Below are positions 38,186 through 46,381 of a stretch of 64,000 nucleotides of DNA, piece by piece (position 1 is the stretch's first letter; the number at the start of each line of letters is the position of its first letter). Source of the DNA: an uncultured Acidobacteriaceae bacterium (GTDB lineage: Bacteria; Acidobacteriota; Terriglobia; Terriglobales; Acidobacteriaceae); NCBI GenBank assembly GCA_963824805.1, contig CAWGQZ010000067.1, forward strand, positions 7,739 through 71,738, in the 5' to 3' direction. Position numbers and translations under genes: made by a program. The notes under the pieces were generated by a model. It searched no databases. It was given only the letters and a program-made list of their open reading frames with translations, and was not told the DNA's origin.

Positions 38186-38334
38186 GGGAGCAAAAGCTTA
38201 TGACTACCATATGTTCTGATTTTAGGAAATCTCGCGAGATCGCCGCCGCCCTTGACCATCGGGCGGCTGGGGTTCGGAACGACTTAAAAATGGTCATCCA
38301 AAATTGCTGACTTCTGAAACTACTCGTCCAATCC

Positions 38335-39372
38335 CTACTTCCCCCGAATCATCTCCACCACCCGCTCATAATCATCCACCGTCGAATACTCGATCACAAT
38401 CTTGCCCTTTCCCTTGCGATCGCGGATCTTCACCTTCACCCCCAGAATCCGCTGCAACTCGTTCTGCGCCGCCCTTACATTTGGATCGACCCAGCGCGCC
38501 GTCCCCGGCTGCTTCTCCCGCGGATGCTCAAACTGCTTGATCGTGATCTCTTCGATCATCTCTTCCAGGCCGGCCAGTGACATCTTCTTGCTCAGCGCTT
38601 CGTCGGCAACGCGCGCAATCTCTTTATTGTCTTCCAGGCGCAACAGCGCCCGCGCCTCGCTGAATCCCAGCACCCCGTCCAGCAGATACTGCATTACCGA
38701 TCCCGGCAGCCGCAGCAGCCGCATGTAATTCGATACCGACTCGCGCGACATCCCCACCCGGTGCCCGATCTGCTCCTGCGTCAGCCCAAATTCCTTGCTC
38801 AACTGCGAAAACGCCGTCGCCTGCTCCATGCAGTTCAGGTCCTCCCGCTGCAGGTTTTCGACGATGGTCATCTCTGCCGCCTGCTGCTCGGAAACCCGCC
38901 GCACAATCGCCGGGATTGTCGTCTTCCCCGCCAGCTTCGAAGCCCGGCACCGCCGCTCGCCCAGCACCAGCACATACCGCCCTGCCGTGCCGGGACGCAC
39001 CACAATCGGCTGGACCACTCCGTTCACGTTGATCGAGTCCGCCAGGTCCCCCAGCATCTCCTGATCAAAGTGCCGCCGCGTCTGATAAGGATTGTCATCA
39101 ATCAAATCCAGCGCGAGCGTCATCACCGCATCGCCGGAAGCAGACCGCGCGGCAGCCGCCTGAATCTCAGGCACAACCCCAGGCGTGGGTGAAGCCCCCA
39201 CCGCTAACCGTGGCCCGGAAGGCAGAAGCGAATCAAGCCCCCGCCCCAAAGCCTTGGCTTTGATCGCCGGATGGGCTGCAATGACCTTGTCGCCGCTCGG
39301 TTTATCCGCCACGTTGTCGGCAGGTTTTTCTGCCGCGCTCGGCGCCACAACTTTCTCCGCTAGGTTAGTCAT
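38335..39372 (-). CDS. parB: chromosome partitioning protein ParB/Spo0J
   Basis: ALGRGLDSLLP, the ParB box VVQPIVVRP...YVLVLGERRCRAS, and the HTH (QEQIGHRVGMSRESVSNYMRLLRLP) are present. The C-terminal dimerisation region is GKIVIEY. Confidence 0.92.
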   Translation of the reverse strand: MTNLAEKVVAPSAAEKPADNVADKPSGDKVIAAHPAIKAKALGRGLDSLLPSGPRLAVGASPTPGVVPEIQAAAARSASGDAVMTLALDLIDDNPYQTRRHFDQEMLGDLADSINVNGVVQPIVVRPGTAGRYVLVLGERRCRASKLAGKTTIPAIVRRVSEQQAAEMTIVENLQREDLNCMEQATAFSQLSKEFGLTQEQIGHRVGMSRESVSNYMRLLRLPGSVMQYLLDGVLGFSEARALLRLEDNKEIARVADEALSKKMSLAGLEEMIEEITIKQFEHPREKQPGTARWVDPNVRAAQNELQRILGVKVKIRDRKGKGKIVIEYSTVDDYERVVEMIRGK

Positions 39373-39471
39373 AAGCTCTTTCCAAAATAGATATCGATCA
39401 ATCTAAGTCGCGTACTCTTGTAATCCCTGCTCTCCCGGGTAACGCCTTTGCGTCGCGGACGGCACCGGGTT

Positions 39472-39500
39472 GTCATCCCGAGCGAAGCCGAGGGACCTGG
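39472..39500 (+). repeat. REP-like dispersed element (copy in parA-parB spacer)
   Basis: gtcatcccgagcgaagccgagggacctgg. Confidence 0.7.
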
Positions 39501-39554
39501 CGGTCCGGGAGGTTGCACATATATCGACGAGAATGAATATAGATGCAAATCGAT

Positions 39555-40433
39555 CTAAGCGGACTTATCCAGCTCCTCCGCTGGCTTCTCCTCTTCCTGC
39601 CCAACCATCGCAGTCGTTCCGGGCTCCTCTGCCACCGCAACCTCCGTAGGCGCGGCTTCTTCAGCCACCGGCAAGCTCCGCGCAATAATCTCCTTAGCCA
39701 ACCGTATATAGCTCTCCGCCCCCTTGGACCGGATGTCATAAACCAGCGCCGGCTTGCCATGACTGGGCGCCTCCGCCAACCGAATGTTCCGCGGGATGGT
39801 CGTGGTACAAAGCTTGGGCCCAAAGAAGCGCTTCAGTTCTGCCGTCACCTGCTGCGCCAGGTTGGTGCGCTCGTCAAACATGGTCAGCACGACGCCCTCG
39901 ATCTCCAACGAAGGGTTTAGCCCGGAACGTATCCGCTCCACAGTGTCGAGCAGCTCCGAGATGCCTTCCAGCGCAAAGTACTCCGCCTGCATGGGGATCA
40001 GAACCGTATCGGCAGCCACCAACGCATTAAGCGTCAGCAAATCGAGAGCTGGCGGGCAGTCGAGCACGATGAATTGAAAACGTTCGCGCAAAGTGTTTAT
40101 AGCTTCACGTAAACGAAATTCGCGGCCCTCCGCCTCGACCAGTTCGATGTTGGCCCCAATGAGGTTCTTGTGCGCAGGCACAATCCACAGCTGGTCGACG
40201 CCCGTAGGCTGCACCGCATCGTCTGGATTCGCAGCCGCCATCAGTAGGTGGTAGGTGTTGATACGGTCGGGATCTTTGGCAAGGCCCAGGCCGCTGGTGG
40301 CATTCGATTGCGGATCGCAATCTATAAGTAAGGTGTTGACTTCGGCCGCTGCTAACGATGCGGCTAAATTAATGGCAGTCGTAGTCTTCCCCACGCCGCC
40401 CTTCTGATTGGCAACAGCGATTACACGTCCCAT
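39555..40433 (-). CDS. parA: chromosome partitioning ATPase ParA/Soj
   Basis: It has the deviant Walker A motif VANQKGGVGKTTTAINLA, plus LLIDCDPQ and VLDCPP. There is a C-terminal acidic/Ala-rich extension. Confidence 0.93.
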   Translation of the reverse strand: MGRVIAVANQKGGVGKTTTAINLAASLAAAEVNTLLIDCDPQSNATSGLGLAKDPDRINTYHLLMAAANPDDAVQPTGVDQLWIVPAHKNLIGANIELVEAEGREFRLREAINTLRERFQFIVLDCPPALDLLTLNALVAADTVLIPMQAEYFALEGISELLDTVERIRSGLNPSLEIEGVVLTMFDERTNLAQQVTAELKRFFGPKLCTTTIPRNIRLAEAPSHGKPALVYDIRSKGAESYIRLAKEIIARSLPVAEEAAPTEVAVAEEPGTTAMVGQEEEKPAEELDKSA

Positions 40434-40542
40434 GGATGTCTTGGAGAACCGAGAGTGTTCGCAGGATACGTCCGCATGTTGTGTGAACGCAATGAAAGAT
40501 TTGCGCTTTTGTTTTTAATGCCTTGGGCGCGCTTTCCACAGA

Positions 40543-40870
40543 GTGTTCCGCGCGGAACGTTGGCGAACTTGCAGGACGTTCCTGCGGGAACACAACTTCG
40601 ATTTTCAGTCCAACGTTCCGCGTGGAACACTTCCTTATTCCGTAGTCCGATCCGTCTCTTTTGGCTTCTAAAAGAAGCGGGCGCTGCACGCCTTGTCGCC
40701 TACTTCATGCCGGATTGAGGGTTGGGCCTGTCCTACGGAGTGTTCCGTACGGAACACTTCTTGAGTTAAAACGGGAGGGAGCTTGGGTTCGCACGAAAGA
40801 GAAATCGACTATGTCATGAGCCTGACGAAACCATCTTTACAAAACGTTCCGTGCGGAACGTTTTGTAAAG
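40543..40870. repeat. array of five parS-like palindromes GTTCC-N4-GGAAC in the parA-rsmG spacer
   Basis: Cores lie at 40545-40558, 40578-40591, 40615-40628, 40742-40755 and 40846-40859. The fourth is a perfect 18-bp palindrome (40740-40757). The fifth sits in a 17+2+17 inverted repeat (40835-40870). Confidence 0.55.
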
Positions 40871-41097
40871 ATTCGTAAAGAACCCGAAGGCCCAACCTAA
40901 CCGACCGTGTGGGTGCCAAGGGCCCACTATTATCAGTCAGGTTCCGGGGTTATCAGCTTGGTTTCTTCTCTCGGGTTCGAATCGGGTGTTCGCCGTTATC
41001 GCCCACATGGCGCCAGTTTTTACCCCGGAGGCCGTGACGGATGATGATTTTCAGGCTTCAAACCAAGCATACCGATCCACTTATTACTATCCAGGTT

Positions 41098-41793
41098 CTA
41101 GTGAGGACGTAGATTCTTGTCGCCCAGGAGAAGAACTCTGGCGCGTGAGCCTGGGATAGAAATTGGGGGCCTCCAGTCAAAATGGGGGCCCAAAGGGCTT
41201 GTCTGTTCCACTTGGGCTGAACCGATGAGGAGGGCCAAGCGGCCTCCGGGAACCACTAGATTGGCGGCCACGGCTAAGGACTCGCCAAAGCGTTCTACGG
41301 CGCGGAGGGCTACCACCTCCGCGGTGGCAGGGGGGTGGGTCTCAGCTCGAGCGGAGAAAACATTAACATCGGTCAATGTAAGAGTCCGGACGAGTTCCCG
41401 AAGGAAGGTTGCCTTCTTCTGATTCGACTCGATCAGGGTTAGCTGGAGATCAGGACTCCATATCTTGATTGGGAGACCGGGGAAGCCGGGACCGGAGCCC
41501 ACGTCGATCAGGCGCGCGGCCCTTCCCGCATGGTCCGTGGTGGGGCGGGCGAGCGTGCCCGCCCCTCCATCCAGTGCGGCGGGAAACAGGCATTTGGCGG
41601 TGAAAAGGGATTCACCGAAGTGGCGGGTCACGATTTCTTCGGGGTCGCGAATTGCGGTCAGGTTGATGCGGGCGTTCCAGCGAACAAGAAGATCGATGTA
41701 CGTCGATATAAGACTTAAGCGCGAATCGTCCAGCGCAAGTTCAAAGGGCTTCAGCAAGTCGACAATCCGATCCGTGAGCACGAGCACGGTCAT
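41098..41793 (-). CDS. rsmG: 16S rRNA (guanine527-N7)-methyltransferase RsmG/GidB
   Basis: WNARINLTAIRDPEEIVTRHFGESL and the SAM motif LIDVGSGPGFPGLPIKI are present. Confidence 0.9.
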   Translation of the reverse strand: MTVLVLTDRIVDLLKPFELALDDSRLSLISTYIDLLVRWNARINLTAIRDPEEIVTRHFGESLFTAKCLFPAALDGGAGTLARPTTDHAGRAARLIDVGSGPGFPGLPIKIWSPDLQLTLIESNQKKATFLRELVRTLTLTDVNVFSARAETHPPATAEVVALRAVERFGESLAVAANLVVPGGRLALLIGSAQVEQTSPLGPHFDWRPPISIPGSRARVLLLGDKNLRPH

Positions 41794-41998
41794 TGTAGAG
41801 GATGAATTGCAGTTGACCGGCTGTGCGCCCAGAACCGATATGAGATCGGCCAGACAAGATTGGGAACTCAGGCGGCTGTATGCCTATGTTGGCCGACGGA
41901 CAAGGGCGTCCGCCCTACACAAATTGGCTATTGGGAGATCGCATCCCCTGTGGTAGAGTTCCCCGGCTTTGAATCTGATGTCGCCCTTAGTCTCAGCT

Positions 41999-42547
41999 AT
42001 GTCTCTGGCCCAAAGACACCTAGCTCGCTTGTGTGTCTTGATCCTGCTATTTCTGGGGTTTAGCGCCAGTGCCTTTGGCCAGCATGGAGCGCGCACCATT
42101 CCGCAAGCCCTCGATCAACTGACAGACGAGGCACATGACATTGTCCACGGCTATATCCGATCTGTAAGAGTCGAGCCCCATCCCCAGTTGCGAAACCTCA
42201 ACACGATTGTCGTAACCCTGAGTGTGAAGGACACATACAAAGGAACGCCGCGGAAGTCACTCGTCTTTCGTCAGTATGTCTGGGACCTTGATCCCTGGCA
42301 TGCCAGCACTGAATACGGCAAAGGCCAAGAAGTGGTCCTATTACTGGGGCCAGTCTCGGAATACGGGTTGACCAGTCCGGTAGGTCTTGAACAAGGTCGC
42401 TTCCGCGTCACCACCAACAAAAAAGGCCAGGCGGTAGCCGTCAACGGGAGAAACAATTCGGGATTGTTCGATTCGGTGGCTCAGCGGGCGAAGTCAAAGG
42501 GGTTGCAGCTCTCCGCACACACCCTGGCGGTAACAGGACGAAATTGA
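41999..42547 (+). CDS. secreted hypothetical protein
   Basis: The internal ATG at 41999 gives MSLAQRHLARLCVLILLFLGFSASAFGQ (signal peptide). No family recognised. Confidence 0.45.
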   Translation: MSLAQRHLARLCVLILLFLGFSASAFGQHGARTIPQALDQLTDEAHDIVHGYIRSVRVEPHPQLRNLNTIVVTLSVKDTYKGTPRKSLVFRQYVWDLDPWHASTEYGKGQEVVLLLGPVSEYGLTSPVGLEQGRFRVTTNKKGQAVAVNGRNNSGLFDSVAQRAKSKGLQLSAHTLAVTGRN

Positions 42548-42610
42548 GTCGGGACCGTTGCCTCTGAAAGATCTGGAAGAAACGATTCGAGCGCTGGCGG
42601 GGACACGGTG

Positions 42611-43207
42611 ATGCGGCTTCGAATAAGCGTGATTGCCTTCTTGACTCTACTGGGCCTTGCCCCGAAAGTGGCGCTTGCCGGGGGCCCAATCCTCGTGGGC
42701 GGGCCGGCGGGTGGAAACCGTGCTGCATTCGGAGTGGATGGAAAGCCCTTCACCTGGAACCCAGCCAGAATGCCGATTGCCTATCGGGTCGATCCTGGGC
42801 CGATGGCGGTAAATCCGAGCGCAATGGTTGTGATTGACCATAACGCAGCTGTGCAGCGGGTGCAAAATATGTTTGCTGCCTGGCAAAGCGTGCCCACAGC
42901 CTCGCTTTCCTTTACCAATGCCGGCGCACTGCTGCCTGCGGGAAGTTATAAAACCGGGGACCTGACAACCGCGCAGCAGTACAACGATGTATTGGGAGCG
43001 TGCAGGGCGGGCGCGCAGAACCCGGTCATTTTAGACGCCGACGGGACCCTGATGGCGCAACTAGGCTTGCCGGCGGGAGTCATCGGCTTCAATTCCGCAT
43101 GCGCGGTTGACAGTACGAACGGTTACATTACGGCATCGGCTCATTCACCGGTTCGGTCGGGGCCAATGACGCGACGTTGCATGGGGATTCGCAGCAGGTT
43201 ACCTTGA
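42611..43207 (+). CDS. secreted hypothetical protein (C-terminus possibly frame-disrupted)
   Basis: It has the signal peptide MRLRISVIAFLTLLGLAPKVALA. The last ~25 aa look compositionally odd, and an alternative frame stays open to 43227. Confidence 0.4.
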   Translation: MRLRISVIAFLTLLGLAPKVALAGGPILVGGPAGGNRAAFGVDGKPFTWNPARMPIAYRVDPGPMAVNPSAMVVIDHNAAVQRVQNMFAAWQSVPTASLSFTNAGALLPAGSYKTGDLTTAQQYNDVLGACRAGAQNPVILDADGTLMAQLGLPAGVIGFNSACAVDSTNGYITASAHSPVRSGPMTRRCMGIRSRLP

Positions 43208-43398
43208 CGGTCAAGACGTGTCCCTAGGAGTGTGAAACTCCTTTTCTTTGCAAGAACACAAGATCCCTCCATCCACCAACGGATCCGCTTCGCGGATAAG
43301 ACGGTTTCGGTTGGGATGACAGTTACTGGAACGGCCAAAATCCCCGCCCAAGCGGAGCTTGAACGGGGCACCTTTTAATCGTTGAGATCGCTGGCTTC

Positions 43399-44107
43399 TT
43401 AGTTTTTCGCTTCTGCTACTCGGGCCTGGTGACTTGCGGCGGCAACGGCTTGCATGAATTCCGCGGTTACTTCAGGTGCGGCGATCTTGCCTGAGAGGAC
43501 GCGGCGGAATGGGACCTTCTTGTTGTAGATGGCGATGCGTCGAGTCGTCGTCCTGCTGGACTACGGCGCCTTCCAGGGTCAGGCCGGCAAACACGCCTTT
43601 GGAACGCGAGTAGGTCAGCGTTTCTGTGTTCATCTTCCAATCGGTTCCGGCGGAAGCGTGACGGCCAACCGGGCCGGCGGCGACTGATCCTTCACCGGTG
43701 AGTTGGAACTTGCTGGAGAGCAGATGCTGGAGGCCTTTATCGTTCATGACCAGCATGACCAGGTCGACGCCTTCGACGCCGATTTGCAAACCCCAGCTGC
43801 CGCCACCGACGGAGACGAATGCGGGAGCGCTCCAACCGGTTGCCGTACGGCAGCTGGCGACGCCGCGTCCGTGCTTGCCACCAAAGACAAAGCCACCTTT
43901 AATGAGATCAGGTACGACCAAAATGCATTTTGCGCTGCTTAGCACTTCTTCTGGAATGCCTTTGTCCGGAGTCGCCATGACGGCCTGAAGCACTCCTACA
44001 GACTTCTGCAGGCGATCGACAGTATCTTCGCGAGCCGAGCCGGCCCAAGCGAAAGTCCCGATCAAACCGAGAAAGCCCATCAACAGCACTGACATAATTT
44101 TCTTCAT
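43399..44107 (-). pseudogene. SYLF (Ysc84/DUF500) lipid-binding domain protein with signal peptide, C-terminus frameshifted
   Basis: GIPEEVLSSAKCILVVPDLIKGGFVFGGKHGRGV...GGGSWGLQIG...VMLVMN is the SYLF signature. After ...QQDDDST the plausible tail RIAIYNKKVPFRRVLSGKIAAPEVTAEFMQAV...AEAKN* lies in another frame and ends at 43399. Confidence 0.7.
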
Positions 44108-44308
44108 GAATTGTCCCTTCGCGAGCTGCGCGAAACTAAGAGGAAAGAACTTCAGATGGGCTGACTTAGTTCAGAAGACCTGAAAGAGAGAGAAATCTTC
44201 TCTCTACTTCATGATGGTCGTAGAGGCGGGGAATGTCTGATCTGAACTGCTCACTTTCGGGATTCGCTTGATGCGAGCAATCTTGCACAGATTGTTATAT
44301 GCAAACGG

Positions 44309-44521
44309 GTGATGATGGAAGGTGCCATGCATCGGATTGCGCATTCGCTTTATGTCCGGGTTCGCGCCCTTTTTGCGGTTATTGGAAATTGTTACAAAAA
44401 GCTGTCTGGGGTTGATGTAACAGATTTCAGCGCGCCGAGGATTTGTCCGTTTTGCGGGCTGATCACACCTCGGCGGAAGGCATGTTGTCTGGAGTGCGGA
44501 AGGGCGTTGAAGCCGGCGTGA
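44309..44521 (+). CDS. small hypothetical protein with C-terminal zinc-ribbon (CPFC...CLEC)
   Basis: 70-aa ORF with the two CxxC pairs 10 residues apart. No RBS is evident. Confidence 0.3.
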   Translation: MMMEGAMHRIAHSLYVRVRALFAVIGNCYKKLSGVDVTDFSAPRICPFCGLITPRRKACCLECGRALKPA

Positions 44522-44623
44522 TAGCAGGTTCTTTCGCCTCGGTGGGGCTGGTTCGTTTGCTTTTTGACCGGGGCTAGCGCCCCGGGCTAAATTTTTGCGC
44601 CGCTTCGCGGCTGGGAGATTTCT

Positions 44624-45298
44624 TCAGTCGTGGAGGACTACGTTCAGCAGGGAGCTGTGGACCTGGAGTCCACCCTCGATGCCTCCCGAGTAGTCGATGA
44701 AGCCTAGTTTCCGAAAGCGGTTCATGAAGAAGCTGACCCGCGAGCGAGTGGTGCCAACCATTTCGGCGAGCGTTTCCTGGCTAATTTTGGGGACTACGGT
44801 TTCGGGAATGCCTTCTTTGCCAAAGTGAGCCAGCAATAGCAGGACGCGGGCCAGTCGTTTCTCGCTGGAATTAAACAGTTGGTCTACCAGGTCTTCTTCG
44901 TAGCGGATGTTGCGGGCCAGTAAATAGGCCACGAACAAGTCGGAAAGCGATTGTTCGCGGTGAAGCGCGTCCATCATTGCCTTCTTGTCCACCCGGAGAA
45001 GTTCACAATTGGTCATGGCGGCAGCGGAGCCCATGCGCAGGAGCTGTCCGGCCAGCGCGCCTTCGCCAAAGAAACTTCCTTCCCCCAATATGCCGATAGT
45101 CGCTTCCTTGCCGATTTTGGAAACGACAGTAAGCCTTACTTTGCCTTTCTGAATGTAAAAGACAGCGTCAGCATTTTCGCCCTGGGCGAATATTGACTGT
45201 TTTCCCGCAACCGTCAGGTGCTGTCTGCCAGCGCCAATGGTGGCCAGGAAAGTCTTGGGGTCGAACTCGGCTTTTTGCTTGATCGCTGCTGCTCGCAT
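44624..45298 (-). CDS. Crp/Fnr family transcriptional regulator
   Basis: It has a cNMP-binding beta-roll (FYIQKGKVRLTVVSKIGKEATIGILGEGSFFGEGA) and a C-terminal HTH (SQETLAEMVGTTRSRVSFFMNRFRKLG). There is no N-terminal Fnr-type Cys cluster. Confidence 0.85.
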   Translation of the reverse strand: MRAAAIKQKAEFDPKTFLATIGAGRQHLTVAGKQSIFAQGENADAVFYIQKGKVRLTVVSKIGKEATIGILGEGSFFGEGALAGQLLRMGSAAAMTNCELLRVDKKAMMDALHREQSLSDLFVAYLLARNIRYEEDLVDQLFNSSEKRLARVLLLLAHFGKEGIPETVVPKISQETLAEMVGTTRSRVSFFMNRFRKLGFIDYSGGIEGGLQVHSSLLNVVLHD

Positions 45299-45513
45299 CG
45301 TTAGTACGATTCTAGTCCTTACGTTGCCTATCCGACATTATTTATCTGCCGGCGAGTTACTACCGCGGCAGGTTTGCTCAAGTGAGCAGTTGTGCTCAGT
45401 TTTTTGGGCTGGGATGAACGAGTCTTGGATCCCGGGCACTTGTGGTGGGTGGGGGAATCTCTATGCAAAATAGCATTCAAGTCGGCACAATCCTGATGAA
45501 GGAGGGGCCGTTA

Positions 45514-45873
45514 ATGACCAAACTTATAGGTCTTGACCGCGAACCCTATGCCGCGAGTTGGAGCCTGGTCAAACTGTTGAACGGTTTTGAGTTTGATCGC
45601 AAAATGCGTGCCTCGGGATGGACATTCTTTTTTATGGCGGCAGAGGTTAAAGCAACGTTCTTCGGCGCCCGGGGAGTTAACAAGATTCGGGATGCCGTGA
45701 AGAAGATCGTTGGCAAGGTCGAGCGCCTGCACTTCAATGGACTTGAAGTGACGGGAATCGTCACCAAGCATATTTTGGGAATCCCTTACACCGTGGTTAC
45801 GGCGCATTCCCGGCACGTCCAACAAGGGTGCAACCTGGATGGCATTGAGCAACGACAAGCGTCCCAACAGTGA
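45514..45873 (+). CDS. hypothetical protein
   Basis: AAGGAGG lies 8 nt upstream of ATG 45514 (MTKLIGLD...). No family recognised. Confidence 0.4.
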   Translation: MTKLIGLDREPYAASWSLVKLLNGFEFDRKMRASGWTFFFMAAEVKATFFGARGVNKIRDAVKKIVGKVERLHFNGLEVTGIVTKHILGIPYTVVTAHSRHVQQGCNLDGIEQRQASQQ

Positions 45874-45885
45874 GAGGCGTGGCGC

Positions 45886-46068
45886 CTACTTGCCGACATC
45901 TTTGGCACAGAACTTCTCCGAAGCTGTCAGCCGCCGGTCGCGGTGCGGATTGGTCCGAGGCAAACCGGTGCTGAGCTCGCATCTCTCTCCTGGCTTGGCT
46001 CCGCAGGTGATACAGCGTACGGCCAATGCCTGCTCCTTCTTGACTCTCATGAGTGCATAGTGCAGCAA
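45886..46068 (-). CDS. small hypothetical protein with CxxCGAKPGxxC motif
   Basis: 60-aa ORF containing RCITCGAKPGERCELSTGLPRTNPHRDR, a short zinc-finger-like motif. It is convergent with the preceding gene. Confidence 0.3.
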   Translation of the reverse strand: MLHYALMRVKKEQALAVRCITCGAKPGERCELSTGLPRTNPHRDRRLTASEKFCAKDVGK

Positions 46069-46381
46069 GGCTGCGGGAATTGATGGTCAATTTTGAGCAT
46101 TCTTAGACCGGCCGCAGAGGCCCGGAGCCATTACGGGAGGCTGAACAGGCGGCTCCTATTTCGGGGTGGAGTTTATCTCGTGAGTGTCCCCGACCGAATT
46201 GCTGAGCAATTTTGACCAGCCGCTGAATGCCCATTCGTTGAATACTGAAGACAAGCGTTGCATTGGTGAACGCCAGCTAGAACGAATAGATTTGCCATCC
46301 TGGTTCTTAACGACGCCGCTGATCGCGCGCGGCGTGCCCGAAAAAGTGATCGCTTCCGCTGGCTCACCTGCTTAGGGACAA

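Noticed and set aside
40543-40870. Whether the repeated palindromes could be a CRISPR array or a MITE.
   Set aside because: The repeats are only 14-18 bp, the spacing is irregular (33, 37, 127 and 104 bp centre to centre), and the central bases differ. There are no cas genes, target-site duplications or terminal inverted repeats. A protein-binding-site array is the better explanation.
40973-40986. tRNA T-arm-like GGGTTCGAATCGGG (also GGGTTCGAATGC at about 1199).
   Set aside because: The stem does not pair (5' CGGG versus 3' CGGG), and no acceptor stem, D-arm or anticodon arm can be drawn around it. The 1199 hit lies inside an ORF.
42608-43227. Possible ninth frameshift near 43115 in the secreted hypothetical protein. 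An alternative frame reads ...GSFTGSVGANDATLHGDSQQVTLTVKTCP to 43227.
   Set aside because: There is no recognised family to align against, so I cannot tell which C-terminus is genuine.
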